A stretch of DNA of 62,174 nucleotides, filler included, from Diploschistes diacapsis (taxonomy: Eukaryota), in assembly GCA_023645945.1 (NCBI GenBank). It is 8 parts of 8 records of this genome, joined end to end, with 100 filler letters (N's around TTAATTAATTAA, not from the genome) between each part and the next. Parts side by side here need not be neighbours in the genome. Positions count along the whole stretch, not along the records: positions 57,299 to 62,174 come from JALAIB010001643.1; 7 more parts are not named here. One strand, given 5' to 3'. Numbering within the stretch: position 1 is the first letter of the stretch; every line of letters begins with the position of its first letter. The position numbers and the translations under genes were made by a program. Shown piece after piece: positions 58,655 through 62,174 of this stretch. The notes under the pieces were generated by a model. It ran no database searches and was not told the DNA's origin. It saw only the letters and a list, made by a program, of their open reading frames with translations.

Positions 58655-59805
58655 TGTCGGGCTCAGTATCTCCGAACACCACGTATAGTACAGTACGAGC
58701 CTCCAAAATCTTCATCATTTTTACCTACCGTCACTTTGGACATCCTCTCGTGCTAGTTTCACCCGAGCTTGTGCGAGATGGAGCAAATGACATCATTGCT
58801 CTAAAGCTGTTGAATATTGGTTCGAGTTTTGGGAACTTTTTGCCGGCTCTTTACCCAGAGCACGGAGAAGCATAAGCACTGTTTACCTCTCTTCAAAACC
58901 CCAAGCCAACAACAGAATTAAGAATCGAGAACGAGCACCTTCACGATGGGTATACCAGATGACCCTCCATGGTATGCTTCCCGAGGCTCTCGCAAAGCTC
59001 TTGCATAAGCACTGGCCAACACTGTGCTTCTATGAAGTTGCATGCTGGTGACGAAGGATGGAGTCAGAAGCTTTGACCTACTTTGGAGGTATCTTGCACA
59101 GGTGCTTATTCATGGAGACAGTTTCTCGATAGGCTCTAGGTCTTTTGCGCAAGGGAAAAGCAAAGTCTGTCTTCCTTGATCTTGCCAGAACTTGCTTGCT
59201 TGGGTTCGGCCGTTGTAAAGAATATTGGAGCGTACTTTACGTGTCCTGCTGTTCGTGGCTATCAACCATGAAATTCTCTATCATCTCTTCCTAACGCCAG
59301 TACTAGCATCCTCCAGACGGAAGTTGAACTCTTACTGCTTCTGCAGTAGAGTTTTCTGCTGTATCTTGTGCTATGCTGTTTGTATCGAAGCGCTTGACCT
59401 CTCTCCCCGCACGTTCTATTCCGCTCTCTTCACTCTAGGTCGCGATTGGTCTGCCAGACCTCAGCCATCTTGTCCTGCTTATGTCTACTAAAGTATTTGG
59501 GTTGTTTTCCTTGCCTAGATTGCTTTTCCCTTTTCGTTGTGGTAACTTTTCCTCGTGATCTGCCTCTTTAACCTTCTTGATTCGGGGCAGATCGTCGGCC
59601 TCAATACATAGCGCTCATTGCACCCAGGATCGCTTATCTGCAGCTAGTTGATCAATTCATATTACGATAATGGAGTGCGTCATCTCTAACGATTGATAGG
59701 TGCCAACTTGTCGTGACAAGCCCCATTTAAGATGCCTCGTTCGAAGTGTTTCTTTAGCTCCAGAGCTTTGCGAAAGCTTGAAGAGACCCTTACGCCACCT
59801 GCAAG

Positions 59806-62165
59806 ATGCGATTCTCTCTCCTGACCGTGTGCGGCGTTTTCGCCGCGACTACAGCTGCTGCTCCAGCTCCATCTGGCCATGTCGTCCATGAGCAGCGAGG
59901 CTCGACACCAAGAGCTTGGGTGAAGCGCTCCCGGCTCGCGCCTGATGCAAAGCTCCCTATGCGTATTGGTTTGACCCAGAGCAACCTTGACAAAGGTCAT
60001 GACATGCTTTTGGACGTGTGAGTCTCGATGCTCTCCTTCTTTTCTTGACTTGCTTTAGCCTTTACTCCCAGTGTGCTCTTTTTTAGGGGCTTTTGTACTA
60101 AAGAACTTATGCCTTGAGCGCCCTGCAAGCTTTCCAAACATGACTGAGCCTATTCAATCGTGTTGCGTCAGGCTAGCAGAAGCACTCGAATGTTGTCAAA
60201 GACTATTAGCTTTGCGTTGTTGTCGTTGTTCGCTTTACCTTCAACACCTGACATGCCTTGTGCTACAGGTCGAGCCACGATTCACCAAATTATGGCAAGC
60301 ACTACACTGTGGATGAGGTTATTGATATCTTCGCCCCGTCAAGGAACACTGTAGACACTGTCAAAGGCTGGCTGGAAAATGCTGGCATTTCAGGCAAGCG
60401 TGTCTCGCAGTCTGCAAACAAGCAGTGGCTGCAGTTCGATGCGTATGTGAAAGAAGTTGAGTCGCTCTTCCACACCAAGTACCACGCATACGAGCATGAA
60501 GCTACTGGCAAGATCAACTTCGCTTGCGATCAGTAAGGGAATCTTAAAAAAAAGAATGCGGCCCAGCTAACGTGATCCAGGTACCACGTTCCAGCAAAAA
60601 TTCAGGAGCACATCGACTACATCACTCCTGGTATTAAACTCTTCGCTGCGCCCGGCAAGACGGAGCGAAAAAAACGACTAGAGAAGCGAACCTTCGGCGT
60701 CACCAGTCCAAGCAAACCTGTCACGCCGCGTCCGCCGATTAGCAAGCCCTTGCCCATGAGCGAAGCCAGCCTGCAATCCGCGGCCGCCAACGGAACGCTA
60801 GCTATATGCGATGTTGCCATTACCCCTGATTGCGTCAAGGCACTGTATAACATCACGCAGCCCACTAAGGCTGCCCCAGGCAACCGGCTCGGCATCTTTG
60901 AGTCGATTGGGGACACATATGCGCAGGAAGATCTTGACCTATTCTTTCTGACGCTTTCACCGTAAGGTGCCCAGAACTGGTCAAGTAGTTCGTGCTCACA
61001 TCTGCATAGCAACATCCCCCAAGGCACCCACCCAAAGCTCGACAGCGTCGACGGGGCTACTGCTCCTAACCCCGTGACCGAAGCTGGCGCGGAGTCCGAT
61101 CTCGATTTCCAGCTCGCCTACCCCATCATCTACCCACAAGGCACCATCCTCTTCCAGACCGATGACGACGTCTATCAGGCCGAGGAAGCCAATGGCACCA
61201 TTCAGTTTGCAGGATTCTTCAACACCTTCCTCGACGCCATCGACGGCTCCTACTGTAACTATTCCGCTTTCGGCGAAACCGGTGATAGCCCAACGCTCGA
61301 CCCACAGTACCCGGACCTGCAGCCGGGCGGCTTCAAGGGCAAGCTCGAATGCGGCAAGTACAAGCCCACGCACGTAATTTCCATATCCTACGGCGGCCAG
61401 GAGTCCGACCTACCAGCATACTACCAGCGCAGGCAATGCAACGAATTCATGAAGCTCGGCATGCAGGGCGTCTCCATTGTCGTGGCCTCCGGGGACTCGG
61501 GCGTCGCAGGTCCTCCCGGCGACGGCAATCCCGACGGCTGCCTTGGGCCCGACGGAGCCATTTTCTCTCCGGATTTTCCGGCCACGTGTCCGTACCTGAC
61601 CACCGCCGGCGCCACCTTCCTGCCCCCCGGCGGCGACGCCACAAAGGACCAGGAAGTAGCCGTGACGCGCTTCCCCTCCGGCGGCGGCTTCTCCAACATC
61701 TACCCGATCCCCTCCTACCAGGCCCGCGCGGTCGCCACGTACTTCGAGACCGCCGACCCGCCGTACCCCTACTACTCGTCCGTCCACAACAACTCCTTCG
61801 GCGCCAACGGCGGCATCTACAACCGCCTCGGTCGCGGCTACCCGGACGTGTCGGCCATCGGCGACAACGTGGTCATCTTCAACGCCGGGTCGCCCGCGCT
61901 GATCGGCGGCACCAGCGCCGCCACCCCGACCTTCGCCTCCGTCCTGAACCGCATCAACGAGGAGCGCATCGCGGCCGGCAGGAGCACGCTCGGCTTCGTG
62001 AACCCCGTGCTGTACGCCAACCCGGCCGCCTTCCACGACATCACCGTCGGCAACAACTCGGGCTGCGGCACCAGCGGCTTCTTCGCCGCCAAGGGCTGGG
62101 ATCCGCTGACGGGGCTCGGCACGCCGGACTATCCCAAGTTGCTCGAGGTTTTCATGGGTATTTAG
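59806..62165 (+). CDS. Secreted sedolisin (peptidase S53; aorsin/SedA-like) with signal peptide and pro-kumamolisin domain; introns 60018-60268, 60533-60580, 60962-61009
   Basis: Signal peptide MRFSLLTVCGVFAATTAA; SPNYGKH, IDYITPG, Kex2-like LEKR; catalytic GAESDLD, SGDSG, RGYPDVSA, GGTSA; Ca-site FHDIT.GNN..GWDPLTGLGTP. Confidence 0.95.
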
Positions 62166-62174
62166 GGACTGGGG

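Noticed and set aside
60018..60268. Unusually long first intron of the S53 gene as a stwintron or riboswitch
   Set aside because: The simple GT..AG intron already restores frame. Internal AGs do not rebuild an in-frame donor, and I saw no TPP-aptamer motif.

Overview
Eukaryotic genomic DNA from a filamentous ascomycete (Pezizomycotina): short GT..CTRAY..AG spliceosomal introns, RIP-type transposon relics and fungal-specific genes. It is not one locus. Eight contigs (1-4898, 4999-9895, 9996-14878, 14979-42263, 42364-47243, 47344-52221, 52322-57198, 57299-62174) are joined by artificial 100-bp N44-TTAATTAATTAA-N44 linkers, so adjacency across linkers means nothing. Recognisable genes are SYF1, a DENN protein, CCA1, RPD3, a PNP_UDP-NACHT-ankyrin NLR, group III histidine kinase NIK1/os-1, a membrane DnaJ protein, RPA43, a probable coilin/Mug174-like protein, IEC3, OSH3, an ERCC6L2/Rad26L helicase, CTNNBL1, palF/RIM8 and an S53 sedolisin. 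There are also two frameshifted genes, a RIP-ed Fot1/pogo nest, a MITE and a 1.3-kb non-coding LTR element. The most notable items are: (1) the miniature LTR element, whose PBS is a perfect 12-nt complement of its own LTR (Tf1/sushi-type self-priming); (2) the NLR ankyrin array with near-identical repeats and hypervariable codons; (3) the coilin-like protein; (4) three tandem PacC sites upstream of palF. All family calls are by eye and from recalled motifs. No database searches were run.
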